Assembly: GCA_034670305.1 (NCBI GenBank)
Contig: JAXMNT010000007.1
Location: 128,001 to 192,000 of the forward strand
Direction of reading: 5' to 3'
Origin: Deltaproteobacteria bacterium
GTDB taxonomy: Bacteria; Myxococcota_A; Polyangia; Polyangiales; Houyiibacteriaceae
DNA length: 64,000 bases
Shown: positions 9,914-19,888 of the stretch, piece by piece
Position numbering within the stretch: position 1 is the first letter of the stretch
Layout of the letters: each line of letters opens with the position of its first letter
Program-made: the position numbers and the translations under genes
Notes under the pieces: model-generated
Seen by the model: only the letters and a program-made list of their open reading frames with translations
The model's database searches: none
What the model was told of the DNA's origin: nothing

Positions 9914-10729
9914 ATGCGCAGGAATGTCGCGCGCGACGGAGTCGTCTTCGGAGCACTACTCACTATGTTGGTGGCCTTTGGCCCCGACCTCGCGACGTCG
10001 TTCGCGCAACCCGAGACGGGCACGGAAGCGGAGGTCGGCGTCGAAGCCGAGGCCGGCACGACGAGTGCTGATCCGTCTGTCGATCCCGCCGCTGATCCGA
10101 CCGCCGTCGATCCGGCTGCGAGCGAAGGAACCGTCGAGCAGACCGCGACCGCGGAGCCTGTCGATGCCGGCACCTACGCGATCCGCCTGCGCGACCTCGA
10201 GCAGCGCATCAACGAGCTCAAGGAGCAGATCTTCCGCTCGAAGGCGCGTCTGTCTCTTCTGGCCGAGACCGTGCTTCAGGGCGTGGTGGCTGGTGCCCAG
10301 GCGATCATCGTGCACGAGAACCGGATGTCTTCATCCTACCGCCTCGTGAAGGCGGTGTACGCACTCGACGGCGCGCCCATCTTCAACAAGGCCGACGAAG
10401 AAGGCACCCTCAGCGACCGCGAGGAGTTCCAGGTCTACAACGGCAGCATCGTGCCCGGAGAGCACACGCTCACCGTCAACCTCGAGTACCGAGGCCATGG
10501 CTACGGCATCTTCAGCTACCTGAAGGGCTACCGCTTCAAGGTCCGCTCGAACTACAACTTCACCGCACCCGAAGGCCGCGCCGTCACCGTGCGTGTGGTC
10601 GGCTACGAGAAGGGCGGCCCGACCGCGCCCCTCGAAGAACGACCCGCCATCCGATACCAGGAGCGCGTGGGCGCCCGGGGTCGACGTGGCGATGCAGCCC
10701 AGGAAACGGAAGGGGAGGCCTCCGAATGA
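9914..10729 (+). CDS. exported coiled-coil + beta-sandwich protein, first gene of Glt-like operon
   Basis: Signal peptide, acidic linker, coiled coil 'LRDLEQRINELKEQI', beta-rich C-terminus. ATGA overlap with the next gene. Confidence 0.8.
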   Translation: MRRNVARDGVVFGALLTMLVAFGPDLATSFAQPETGTEAEVGVEAEAGTTSADPSVDPAADPTAVDPAASEGTVEQTATAEPVDAGTYAIRLRDLEQRINELKEQIFRSKARLSLLAETVLQGVVAGAQAIIVHENRMSSSYRLVKAVYALDGAPIFNKADEEGTLSDREEFQVYNGSIVPGEHTLTVNLEYRGHGYGIFSYLKGYRFKVRSNYNFTAPEGRAVTVRVVGYEKGGPTAPLEERPAIRYQERVGARGRRGDAAQETEGEASE

Positions 10730-13101
10730 CCTCGTCCCGCTTCGGTCCCAGCAAAAACTGGGTCGTGGCGGCCGCGGTGCTCGGGGTCCTCACGCAGATC
10801 GCCCCTGTCGCGGGCGCTCAGGACGTGAACGGCCTCACTCGCCAGCTGGTCGAGATCGAGGGGGAGCTTGCCGCTCTCCAGCGCGATCAGCTCTCGCACA
10901 CGGCTGTCCGTAGCCCAACGTATGTCGAAGAACGGCTCACCGATGGTGAGCTGTTCTACCGCCTGCAGGATTACCTGCGCGCGAGCATCATCTTCACCGA
11001 CATCGTCGACAACCATCAGAACCACAACGCGTACTCGGACGCGCTGTTCCTTCTCGGGGACAGCCTTTTCCGCGCGGGCGACTACCTCGGGGCACGAAGT
11101 CGGTTCCGGATGGTGCTCGATCAGGCGGGCAACCCGCAATTTCGTCCGTACATCCAGCGGGCGCTCGGTCGACTGATCGAGATCGCGATTCACATTCGGG
11201 ACTTCGACGGCGTCGAGCAGTACTTCCAGACGCTCAGCCGTCTGCCCCCCACGGAGGTCGAAGCGACCACGGCGTACTTCCGGGCGAAGTACCTCTACAG
11301 CCGGGCCGTCCCGCTCGAAGAGCAACTCGGTGTGCCCGAAGGCCAGGCCTCTCAGGTCGACCTCCCGATGCTGGAGCAGGCTCGGTCGGCGTTCGAAGCG
11401 GTGCCGCAGGGCAGCCCCTACTACCCGCAGGCCCGCTACTTCATCGGCGTCGTGCACACCCTCCGCGCCGAGTTCCCTCAGGCGATCGAAGCGTTCCGTC
11501 GCGTCCTCCGTTCCGAAGCATCCACCCCCGAGCAGCGCAAAGTCATCGACTTGACGCACCTCGCGCTCGGCCGGCTCTACTACGAGACCGACCAGCTCGA
11601 CCAGGCCAGCGAGGCCTACCAAGCCGTGCCGCGCACCTCGGCCAGCTTCGACGATGCCCTCTACGAAATCGCGTGGGTCTACATTCGCCTCGGCGACGCA
11701 ACGCGCGCCGAACGCGCCCTCGAAGTCCTTTCCGTTGCGTCGCCCGACAGCCCGCACATTCCGGACGCCAAGATCCTCCGTGGCAACCTGCTCTTGAGGA
11801 ACGGCCGTTTCGAAGACGCGACGCAGGTGTTCCGTGAAGTCCGCAACGAGTTCGGCCCGGTCTACCGCGAACTCGAAGCCATCCGCGAGAACCACGCCGA
11901 TCTGCACGCACACTTTCGTTCGCTCGTTCGGGCGAACCTCGAGACGTTCGACGTCAACACCTTCCTGCCTGAGAACGCCCGCCGCTGGGTCGACCTCGAG
12001 GGCGATTTCGATCGTTCCGTCGCTGCCCTCAGCGACCTGAGCCAGGCCCGCCGCTTGGTGCGAGAGACGAGCGACCTCATCGAACGTTTGAGCGCGGCCA
12101 TCGGCGCCCCGAACCGGGTCAGCATCTTTGCGGACCTGCGGCGGCACCGGGAGGGCACGACCGCCCTCCGCAACCGGCTCTCGAACGTCCGTCGCAGCGC
12201 GGCCCGCATCGAAGAAGGCAGCGGGGGAGGGGCTGGCGGTGAACTCGCCGAGGTCCGCGCGCAGCGCCGCCGCATCGAACGCACCCTCGGGGGGATGCCG
12301 ACGAGTGAAGACGACTTCATCGTCCGCGACGACCAGCTCCTCAACCGGTACCGCCAACTCGAGCGCGAGCTGAGCAACCTCCAAGTCGAGTTGCTCGGCA
12401 TCGACGCCCGCATCGTGGCCATGCGCCGGTTCCTTTCGGACACCGCGGAAGACCAGACCTCGGACATCGAAGCGGTCCAGGCGGAGCTGAACACCCAGGA
12501 ACAAGCGGTGGTCAGCTACCGGACCCAGATCGGTGAGTTGACGCGGCTCATCGAGATCGCCCGCATCCAGGTGGGTGTCGGAGACGCCCGCTACCAGCGG
12601 GACAACCGGCTTCGCGACGAATACAACCGGCTGATCGAGCGCGAACGCGAGCTCGGCGGCCGCAGCCCCCGCACCGACCCATTGTTCTCCCGCATCGCCA
12701 GCATCGAAGCGGACCTCGAGCAGCACGACCGCTTGATCGACGAACGGGTCGAGGAGCGGGTCGCGGACATGCGCCGGGTCATCGGTGAAGAGAGCGCCAA
12801 AATGGTGGGCTACCGAGAGACCCTGGCGACACTGGAAGACGAAACCGAAGATGTCGTGGGCGCGATCACTTACACCAGCTTTTCTACGGTCCGAGACCGC
12901 TTCTACGACCTCGTGCTTCGTGCCGACGTCGGGCGGATCGACGTCACGTGGGCGCTCCGCGAAGAACACCGAATGCGTGTCGACATGTTGACCCGGGAAC
13001 GTTCACGAGAGCTCCAAGCGCTCGACGACGAGTTCCGCGACATCATGGACGAGGGCATGACCGCGCCCGACGAGTCGTCGGACGACGGAGACGAAGAATG
13101 A
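10726..13101 (+). CDS. periplasmic TPR/coiled-coil protein (Glt-associated)
   Basis: Signal peptide (AGA-QD), multiple TPR motifs, long C-terminal coiled coils. ATGA overlaps at both ends. Confidence 0.85.
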   Translation: MTSSRFGPSKNWVVAAAVLGVLTQIAPVAGAQDVNGLTRQLVEIEGELAALQRDQLSHTAVRSPTYVEERLTDGELFYRLQDYLRASIIFTDIVDNHQNHNAYSDALFLLGDSLFRAGDYLGARSRFRMVLDQAGNPQFRPYIQRALGRLIEIAIHIRDFDGVEQYFQTLSRLPPTEVEATTAYFRAKYLYSRAVPLEEQLGVPEGQASQVDLPMLEQARSAFEAVPQGSPYYPQARYFIGVVHTLRAEFPQAIEAFRRVLRSEASTPEQRKVIDLTHLALGRLYYETDQLDQASEAYQAVPRTSASFDDALYEIAWVYIRLGDATRAERALEVLSVASPDSPHIPDAKILRGNLLLRNGRFEDATQVFREVRNEFGPVYRELEAIRENHADLHAHFRSLVRANLETFDVNTFLPENARRWVDLEGDFDRSVAALSDLSQARRLVRETSDLIERLSAAIGAPNRVSIFADLRRHREGTTALRNRLSNVRRSAARIEEGSGGGAGGELAEVRAQRRRIERTLGGMPTSEDDFIVRDDQLLNRYRQLERELSNLQVELLGIDARIVAMRRFLSDTAEDQTSDIEAVQAELNTQEQAVVSYRTQIGELTRLIEIARIQVGVGDARYQRDNRLRDEYNRLIERERELGGRSPRTDPLFSRIASIEADLEQHDRLIDERVEERVADMRRVIGEESAKMVGYRETLATLEDETEDVVGAITYTSFSTVRDRFYDLVLRADVGRIDVTWALREEHRMRVDMLTRERSRELQALDDEFRDIMDEGMTAPDESSDDGDEE

Positions 13102-16100
13102 ACGCGCGAGTCAACACCATCGGAGCGATGCTGCTCCTGCTGGGCGTGCCCGTGGCCATCGCCCAGCCGACGCCAGGGCAACCGGGCACGGTCCAGGACG
13201 GCACGGTCCAGGACGGAACCGGTGAGGGAGACACGGACGGAACCGTCGCCGCCGATGGCACCGTGCAGAACGGAACCGTCAACGGGACGGTGACCGCAGA
13301 CGGCACCGTGCCGACCGATCGCAACCAGGTGCGTGGGACCACGCCCGCCTTGCCCTCGTTCCTCGACACGACCGACCGTCGCATCCAAGACGACCGCCCT
13401 GCACCCACCGCCGCGCAGGTCGCTGCGCTTCGCGAGATGGAAGCGGAAGTGGCCCGATTCACCGGCAGCGGTGGCGCGTACCGGAACACCGTCGTGTCGC
13501 TGGTTCGGCGTGAGTACCTTCGTCAGCGTCGGGGACGCAACCAGTGGTACGCCCGACAGATCCGTGAAGAAGAGCGGCTGCTGAACGAAGCCCGCGAACG
13601 CGCCATCCGGCAGTTCGAGCAGTTCGTGCGCCGCTACCCGGACGACCCCAACTACTCGCCCGACGCGATGTTCCGACTCGGCGAACTCTACTACGAGCGA
13701 AGCGCCGTTCAGTTCCAGGTCGAGTACGACGCGGCCGTCGCCGCGCAGGACCGGGGCGAAGAGGCGGAGATCCCGGTCACGCCGGACTTCATGCCGACCA
13801 TCTCCCTCTACCGACGCCTGGTCGCCAACTTCACGGACTACCGCCGGCTCGACGGCGTCTACTACCTCATCGGGTACTGCCTCAACGAAATGGGGCTCGC
13901 GGAAGAAGCCCGCGATGCGTGGCTCGCACTCGTGTGCGCCAACCACTACGACTACGACCCCGAGCACCACGCCTCGGTGGAAGAGCTCACGGCGGATGCC
14001 GAAGCGGGCGAAGACGGCGAAGACGGTCCGGAGGAACACCCGGCGCTGACGCTCGACCCCACCGAAGCCGACCCTGCCGTCCCCGGCGTGTTCGTCGACC
14101 CATACGCACAGTGCCAACCCGTCGTCGAAGGCGCGGAGTTCGTCAGCGAGACCTGGTTCCGCATCGGCGAGTACCACTTCGACGACTACGGCGACGTGCA
14201 CTCGCTCGAACTCTCCATCGCGGCGTACCGCAAGATCCTCGAGAACCCCGAGGACCGGAACTACAACCTGGCGCTCTACAAGGTCGCATGGGCCTACTAC
14301 CGCGCCAGCCGCTACCCCGAAGCCATCAACACCTTCGGCATGCTCGTGCAGTGGTCCGACGACGAACACGAGCGCACCGGTGAAGCGGGCTCGCAGCTGC
14401 GCCCAGAAGCCATCCAGTACCTCGGCATCGCGTTCGCGTACGACGACTGGAACGAGAACGGCTTGCCCGACACGATCGACGGCATGCCGGACGGCATCAC
14501 CCGCGTGCAGGATCCGCAGCTCTTGCCGCAGGACCGCGCCTGGACCGCCGAGGTCTACTTCCAGCTCGGCCAAGTCTACTTCGACGAGGCCAAGTACCCG
14601 GAGGCCGTCGCGGTCTGGGAGCTCCTGCTCTCCCGCTGGCCACGCCACCGCACCGCGCCCGAAGTGACCAACATGATCGCGCGCGCCCACCAGCGGAACA
14701 ACGAGTTCGACGCCGCCATCGCGGACCGCGCCCGGCTCGCCGGCTACCTCCCTGGTTCCGAGTGGTACGACTCGAACGTCGAGAACCCGACCGAGCAGCG
14801 GCGGGCGGAAGAACTCGCCGAGAACGCGCTCATCGCGACCGCGATTCACGAGCACGAACAAGCCCAGCGCGAACGCCGTCGTTCGGTCGAGTTCGCGAAC
14901 GCAGGCGACGCGGCCCAGGCGCTGGCCGCCTTCGAGCAGGCCAAGCAGCACTACGGCCGCGCCGCGGTGGCGTACCGGCAGTACCTCGATCGGTACCCGA
15001 ACAACCCGCAGGCCTACGAGCTCCAGTACAACCTCGCCGACGCGCTCTACTGGTCGGAGTCCTACGAGGACGCCGCGCGCGAGTACGCCGCGGTTCGGGA
15101 CAGCAACCTCGACGACACGCACCTGTCGGAGTCCGCCCGTCTCGTGGTCGAGTCTCTCAAGGCCATCATCGACCGGGCGCAAGAGAACGGCTCGCTCACG
15201 AGTCGCGAAGAAGCGCCCACGCCCTCCGGCACGCCGCCGAGCGTGCAAGCGATCGAGATGCCGCAGCTCCTGCAGCGCATGGCGCAGGCGCGCGAGCTCT
15301 ACATGGCGCGCGTGTCCGAAGCGCAGGACAGCCAGCATGTCCGCGCCGCGTACGACTACAACAACGCGCTCTTGCTCTACTGGTACGGCTACTGGCCGCA
15401 GGCGAAGGAGCGATTTGAGCGCATCTTCGAAGAGCGATGCGCTGGACCCCACGCGAACAACACGGGTCTCGTGGCGTGGGAGAGCCTGCGCACCATGGCC
15501 GTCGCTGTGAACGACACCGAAGAGATTCGGCGCCTCGCGTCGGCACTCAACGAGCGCCAGTGCACCTTCAGTCCGACCGGGGAAGCTTGTCCACCGCGCG
15601 GCCCGCAGCTGGACACGTTCTGCGCGGCGGACGGGCGCGCAGAACACCGATGCTGCTTGGCCATCAACGACCTGCTCGCGATCGAGTTCCAAGATGCACT
15701 CGGCGTCTTCGAGCAGGCCCAGGGCACGCCGGCCGGCCCGGAACAGACCAGGCTCTTCGAACGCTCCGCGACGATGCTCATCGAAGCGGTCAACGAGAGT
15801 CCGAACCATCCGCAGGCACCGATCGCGCTCGAGCAGGCCGCTGTCGCGCTCGAGCAGACCCAGCGCTTCGACAGCGCGCGGCAAATCTACCAGCGGATCA
15901 TCGACGAGGTCGGCCCGCGGACCAACGACGAACCCGAGGAGCAACTCAGCCTCGACCGCATCGTGGCGAACGCCTATTTCAAGGTCGCGTTCAACGCGAA
16001 CCGTGGCTTCGACTTCGAGACGGCGGTGACGAACTACCGAGTGCTCGTGGACTCGCCGCGATTCGCCCGCAGCACGGACCCCAACCTGGTCGAACGCCGC

Positions 16101-17114
16101 CGCGACGCGCTGGTCAACACCGCGGTGATCTTCGAGCGGCTGCAGCGCTACGACGACGCGACCCGCTACTACCGTCAGATCCTCGCGTCGAACGATTCGG
16201 ACGCGGAACTCAAGCGCACCGCGATGTACCGCATCGCGGAGATTGCTTACAACCGTGAGAACTGGAACCTGGCCATCCGAGAGATGCGTGCGTTCATCCA
16301 GCGCTACGAGCGTGACGCCGCCGCCGGTGAACTCGTCGTGCAGGCGTACTGGCGAATCTCGCAGGCGCGCAAAGAGATGCGCCAGACCCGCGACTACAAC
16401 CGCTCGCTTCAGGACGTGGTCACGGCGTTCGGTCGCACCGGTCAACAGCCCCGCAGCATCGCCGCCGAGTACGCGGCCAACGCGCAGTTCCTGCTGACCA
16501 ACGAGACCATGAGCGAGTTCGAGGACTTCGCGATCACGCCAGGCCGCCCGGCCACCCTCGAAGCCTATGTCAACACCGTGCGCCAGCAGATCACCGCGGG
16601 CGGTCAGACCGCCACTCGGTTCGCCGAAGGCTTCAACAGCGTGATGACGTACCAGCGTCCCACCTGGACAGTCGCTGCGTTCGTGCAGCAGGGCCGGGTG
16701 TACGAAGTGCTCGCCCGGGCCGTGTTGAACACCCCGTTCGCCATGCCCGCAGACCTCAACCGTCAGCTCAGCCGCGTCAGCCGAGACGCGAGAGAAGACA
16801 TCCGCATCCAGGTTCAGGACCGCATTCAGCAGGTCTTGGACGAAATGGTGCGTCCGATCGAGTGTCTCGCGGTCGCACGCTACGCGCTTGCGTCTCGAGC
16901 CGCCCGTGCCGGCAGCCTCGACAACGAGTGGACCCAAAGCGCCATCGACCGCCTCCAGGCGTACGGCGACGAGCGCATCGCGGAATGTGTCGCGCAGGCC
17001 CAGGCCGCGGACAGCACCTTCCAGGCCTACCAACCGGGTGAGTTCGCGCGGGCACCCCGCGGACAACACCTCCAAATCGAGGCGGACATCACCCCGCCGG
17101 CGCTCGCGAGGTAA
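13098..17114 (+). CDS. large periplasmic TPR protein, GltD/AgmU(NfsD)-like
   Basis: ATG 13098 coupled to the upstream stop. Signal peptide and many TPRs ('DAMFRLGELYYE', 'WFRIGEYHFD', 'ALYKVAWAYY'). Lies directly before a TPR lipoprotein as in gltD-gltE. Confidence 0.75.
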   Translation: MNARVNTIGAMLLLLGVPVAIAQPTPGQPGTVQDGTVQDGTGEGDTDGTVAADGTVQNGTVNGTVTADGTVPTDRNQVRGTTPALPSFLDTTDRRIQDDRPAPTAAQVAALREMEAEVARFTGSGGAYRNTVVSLVRREYLRQRRGRNQWYARQIREEERLLNEARERAIRQFEQFVRRYPDDPNYSPDAMFRLGELYYERSAVQFQVEYDAAVAAQDRGEEAEIPVTPDFMPTISLYRRLVANFTDYRRLDGVYYLIGYCLNEMGLAEEARDAWLALVCANHYDYDPEHHASVEELTADAEAGEDGEDGPEEHPALTLDPTEADPAVPGVFVDPYAQCQPVVEGAEFVSETWFRIGEYHFDDYGDVHSLELSIAAYRKILENPEDRNYNLALYKVAWAYYRASRYPEAINTFGMLVQWSDDEHERTGEAGSQLRPEAIQYLGIAFAYDDWNENGLPDTIDGMPDGITRVQDPQLLPQDRAWTAEVYFQLGQVYFDEAKYPEAVAVWELLLSRWPRHRTAPEVTNMIARAHQRNNEFDAAIADRARLAGYLPGSEWYDSNVENPTEQRRAEELAENALIATAIHEHEQAQRERRRSVEFANAGDAAQALAAFEQAKQHYGRAAVAYRQYLDRYPNNPQAYELQYNLADALYWSESYEDAAREYAAVRDSNLDDTHLSESARLVVESLKAIIDRAQENGSLTSREEAPTPSGTPPSVQAIEMPQLLQRMAQARELYMARVSEAQDSQHVRAAYDYNNALLLYWYGYWPQAKERFERIFEERCAGPHANNTGLVAWESLRTMAVAVNDTEEIRRLASALNERQCTFSPTGEACPPRGPQLDTFCAADGRAEHRCCLAINDLLAIEFQDALGVFEQAQGTPAGPEQTRLFERSATMLIEAVNESPNHPQAPIALEQAAVALEQTQRFDSARQIYQRIIDEVGPRTNDEPEEQLSLDRIVANAYFKVAFNANRGFDFETAVTNYRVLVDSPRFARSTDPNLVERRRDALVNTAVIFERLQRYDDATRYYRQILASNDSDAELKRTAMYRIAEIAYNRENWNLAIREMRAFIQRYERDAAAGELVVQAYWRISQARKEMRQTRDYNRSLQDVVTAFGRTGQQPRSIAAEYAANAQFLLTNETMSEFEDFAITPGRPATLEAYVNTVRQQITAGGQTATRFAEGFNSVMTYQRPTWTVAAFVQQGRVYEVLARAVLNTPFAMPADLNRQLSRVSRDAREDIRIQVQDRIQQVLDEMVRPIECLAVARYALASRAARAGSLDNEWTQSAIDRLQAYGDERIAECVAQAQAADSTFQAYQPGEFARAPRGQHLQIEADITPPALAR

Positions 17115-17119
17115 TCCAG

Positions 17120-18580
17120 ATGAGCTTCCGACACTGTTTCCAGCACAGCCTGCTGCTCATCGGCGCACTCGCCCTCGGTCCCATCGCGGGCTGTGGCGAC
17201 GACGAAGAACAAGACACGACCGCGGAGGGCGGCGAAGGCACCTCCGGCGGAGAAAACGGAGACGGCCGGACAGGCGAACTCGAGCGTCCACCGGGCAGCC
17301 GCGACGCGGACTCGCAGGACCCAGGTTGGGACGGCGACACCGCTGGCGGCAACACTGGAACGGGCGAGACCGCCGGGACCGGAACGGGCACGGGCACTGG
17401 CGAAGAGCCGAGCCCGTGGGGTGCGACCCAGGCCGAACAATGCCGCCCGCCCAACCGTCGCGACATGAACTCGTCCGCTCAGCGCGCGTTCGATGCCGGC
17501 GTGCGTGCCGCCTCCTCGGGCAACACCGCCGAAGCGACCTCGTCGTTCCAGCGCGCGCTCAGCGAAGACTCCAACGCGTTCAAGGCCGCGTACAACCTGG
17601 GCGTCCTCGCGGACCGCGCGGGCAATGCGAACCGCGCGATGGAGTTCTACCGCCAAGCCCTTCGCATCCAGAGCGATTACGAAGCCGCCGCGGAAGGCAT
17701 CGTCACGATCCATCTGCGCCGAGGCAGCGTGCCGGACGCGCTCTCCTTCGTGGAACCGTTGGCGCGTGTGCACCGAACCAACCTGCACCTGCAGGCGCTG
17801 TACGCAGAGGTCCTGGTTCGGGCCGAGCGATTCGACGCGGCCTGGACCGCGGCACGCGCTGCACTGCATTGCGACGAACGTTTCGTCCCTGCGCTCACCG
17901 CAGTCGTCAAAGCATCGCTTCGCCAAGGCCGCATGGAGCTCGCCCGATCGGTGCTCGACCAGGCGCTGTCGATCGACGACAACAACGCCGAACTGCACTT
18001 CATCAAGGGCACGCTGCTCCGCGATGAGCCCGGCCGATTGCGCGAGGCGATGACGGAACTCCAGCGCGCGGTCACGCTCCGCCCCGACTACGTCGACGCC
18101 CGCATGGCGCTTGGCATCCAGCTCCTGTCGGGTGGCAACTACACCGACGCGCTTCAGCACTTTCAGTCGGCCGCCCAGCTCGCCCCGGCACTCGTCGCGG
18201 TTCACCTGAACCTCGGCGACGGCTACCGCGCGACCAAGCAGTGGACCAAGGCGAAGGCCTCGTTCGAGAAGGCGCTCTCGATGGAGAGTCAGCTTCCGCA
18301 GGCCCACTTCAACATGGGCCTCATGTACCTCTCGGCCGGCGAGAACTTCCCAGGCCTCGACGACCTCACGTCGCTGCAGGCCGCCAAGCAGGAGTTCACC
18401 CGCTACCGCAACGAGATGGGCTCGCGCCTGCGTCGAGACGACCCCTCCCAGGGCTACCTCGAAGACATCGATCGTCAGGTCGAGCGCATCGAACGACGTC
18501 GCGAACGCGATGCGCGCAACGCTGCACGGGATGCCGAACGGGCGGCCAGAGCGGCAGAACAAGGTGGAGGCGAAGAATGA
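17120..18580 (+). CDS. TPR lipoprotein, GltE/AglT-like
   Basis: Lipobox PIAG-C, Gly/Thr linker, consecutive TPRs. Confidence 0.75.
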   Translation: MSFRHCFQHSLLLIGALALGPIAGCGDDEEQDTTAEGGEGTSGGENGDGRTGELERPPGSRDADSQDPGWDGDTAGGNTGTGETAGTGTGTGTGEEPSPWGATQAEQCRPPNRRDMNSSAQRAFDAGVRAASSGNTAEATSSFQRALSEDSNAFKAAYNLGVLADRAGNANRAMEFYRQALRIQSDYEAAAEGIVTIHLRRGSVPDALSFVEPLARVHRTNLHLQALYAEVLVRAERFDAAWTAARAALHCDERFVPALTAVVKASLRQGRMELARSVLDQALSIDDNNAELHFIKGTLLRDEPGRLREAMTELQRAVTLRPDYVDARMALGIQLLSGGNYTDALQHFQSAAQLAPALVAVHLNLGDGYRATKQWTKAKASFEKALSMESQLPQAHFNMGLMYLSAGENFPGLDDLTSLQAAKQEFTRYRNEMGSRLRRDDPSQGYLEDIDRQVERIERRRERDARNAARDAERAARAAEQGGGEE

Positions 18581-18813
18581 TTCGAGTGTTCCTCGCGGCC
18601 AGCATCTTGCTGACCTCCTTCTGCCTCTCCGACCGCGCGTCGGCCCAAGAACCGGGCGTCGTCGTGCTTCCGACCCAGCACGTCGAGGGGCGCCGCCAGC
18701 GTCCGATCGTCGTCGTGCTCCCGCCACCGGGCCGGGTCGTGCACCATGATCATTCCACCAATCCAAGCTTCGTTCGCCGCGTGACCCGCGCCGTCCGAAG
18801 GGGACCGTTCTGA
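18577..18813 (+). CDS. small secreted GltF/CglF-like peptide (copy 1, diverged)
   Basis: ATG 18577 overlaps the upstream stop. Signal peptide ASA-QE, 'VEGRRQRP', ends 'SFVRRVTRAVRRGPF'. Confidence 0.6.
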   Translation: MIRVFLAASILLTSFCLSDRASAQEPGVVVLPTQHVEGRRQRPIVVVLPPPGRVVHHDHSTNPSFVRRVTRAVRRGPF

Positions 18814-18814
18814 G

Positions 18815-19054
18815 ATGCGTTTTCTCTTCGCCACCGCGTTTGCCGTTCTCCTCTTCGCGTCCGTCCCGGACGAAGCCGAAGCGCAGCGTCAGCCCCGCGT
18901 CATCCAGCTGGACGAGATCCGGATCGAAGGACGGGTTCAGAAGCCCAACGCCTTCTACATTCTGAACCGCTCCAACCTCGGCTACGAGGTGCTCGACCTG
19001 CGCACCAGCTTCGTACGCGAGATCATTCGCAGCGTTCGCCGCGAACCCTTCTAG
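18815..19054 (+). CDS. small secreted GltF/CglF-like peptide (copy 2)
   Basis: Signal peptide AEA-QR, 'IQLDEIRIEGRVQKP', ends 'SFVREIIRSVRREPF'. Size and position match gltF. Confidence 0.7.
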   Translation: MRFLFATAFAVLLFASVPDEAEAQRQPRVIQLDEIRIEGRVQKPNAFYILNRSNLGYEVLDLRTSFVREIIRSVRREPF

Positions 19055-19078
19055 AACCCGTCCTGAAAGAAGCTCGGC

Positions 19079-19732
19079 ATGTGGGGCATCTTTCACCTTC
19101 TCCAAATCGCACTCGGGATCTTCGTCGCCTGGCGGGTCGCGACCATCGCTCGGCGCCTCTTCGCGGCCACGGCGTTCGACGCGTCGCTGGACAAAGCGCT
19201 TCTCGAGCAGACTCCAGAGGCAGGCCTCCAACTCGCGAGTCGTACCCGAGACACCTGGAGCGGGCAGTTGGCCGAGGCTGCGTTCGGCGCGCTCGGCTCC
19301 GACCAGTACGGATCGGTCTCGCTGGCGCTCGACGAAGTCCACCAGGAAGTCCGAGCGGTGGCCACCGGATGGATCCAGCCGCTGCGGCAACTGGGCCGTT
19401 TTGCGACCGCGTTCGGTGTGCTGGGCGCATGTATCGAATGGGCTCGCTTTCAGTACGGAACCCGGCCTCTCGCCAGTCTGCTCGACGGGGGACAGATCGC
19501 TTCGGAACGCGCCTCGCTCTGCATCGTCCTGGGGATCGCTGTCGGGCTCTCGACCATCGTGGCCCGGATGCAACTTCAGGGGGTCGCCCGCGAAGGCCTG
19601 CAACGGGCGAAACGGCTGAAGAACCGGCTCGAGCTCCAGCTGGAGCCGGGGGAGGGCGGACTCGAAGACGACGCTGGATCCAAGGATGCCGCGCCGGATC
19701 CCCTCCCACCCGAAGAAGCCGAAGAGGACTAG
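19079..19732 (+). CDS. membrane protein, degenerate MotA/TolQ/ExbB-like
   Basis: Three hydrophobic segments in TolQ topology; 'LRQLGRFATAFGVLG' and 'ASLCIVLGIAVGL' align by eye with TM2/TM3. Confidence 0.5.
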   Translation: MWGIFHLLQIALGIFVAWRVATIARRLFAATAFDASLDKALLEQTPEAGLQLASRTRDTWSGQLAEAAFGALGSDQYGSVSLALDEVHQEVRAVATGWIQPLRQLGRFATAFGVLGACIEWARFQYGTRPLASLLDGGQIASERASLCIVLGIAVGLSTIVARMQLQGVAREGLQRAKRLKNRLELQLEPGEGGLEDDAGSKDAAPDPLPPEEAEED

Positions 19733-19776
19733 ATTGAGGTTCCCTGGCGGTGATATGGTGTCGCCGCACGTTTCGT

Positions 19777-19804
19777 GGAACTTTCGAGGCCCCGTGGGGT
19801 CTCA
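19777..19804 (+). promoter_or_regulatory. sigmaE-type ECF promoter upstream of gltG-like gene
   Basis: GGAACTT-N16-TCTCA, close to the RpoE consensus GGAACTT-N16-TCnaA; 85 bp before ATG 19889. Confidence 0.55.
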
Positions 19805-19888
19805 CCCCCTGACCAGGTCTCAACTTCCCCACACCCGTGGGATTTGTTGAGACAAACCCGAAAATCGAACGAAGCGTCGAGGAGATCG

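Noticed and set aside
12903-17075. 1390-aa minus-strand ORF and similar long antisense ORFs (3895-5589, 10603-12969, 17027-19603, 19820-21154)
   Set aside because: Shadow frames of high-GC genes; they lack motifs and fully overlap well-supported plus-strand CDSs.
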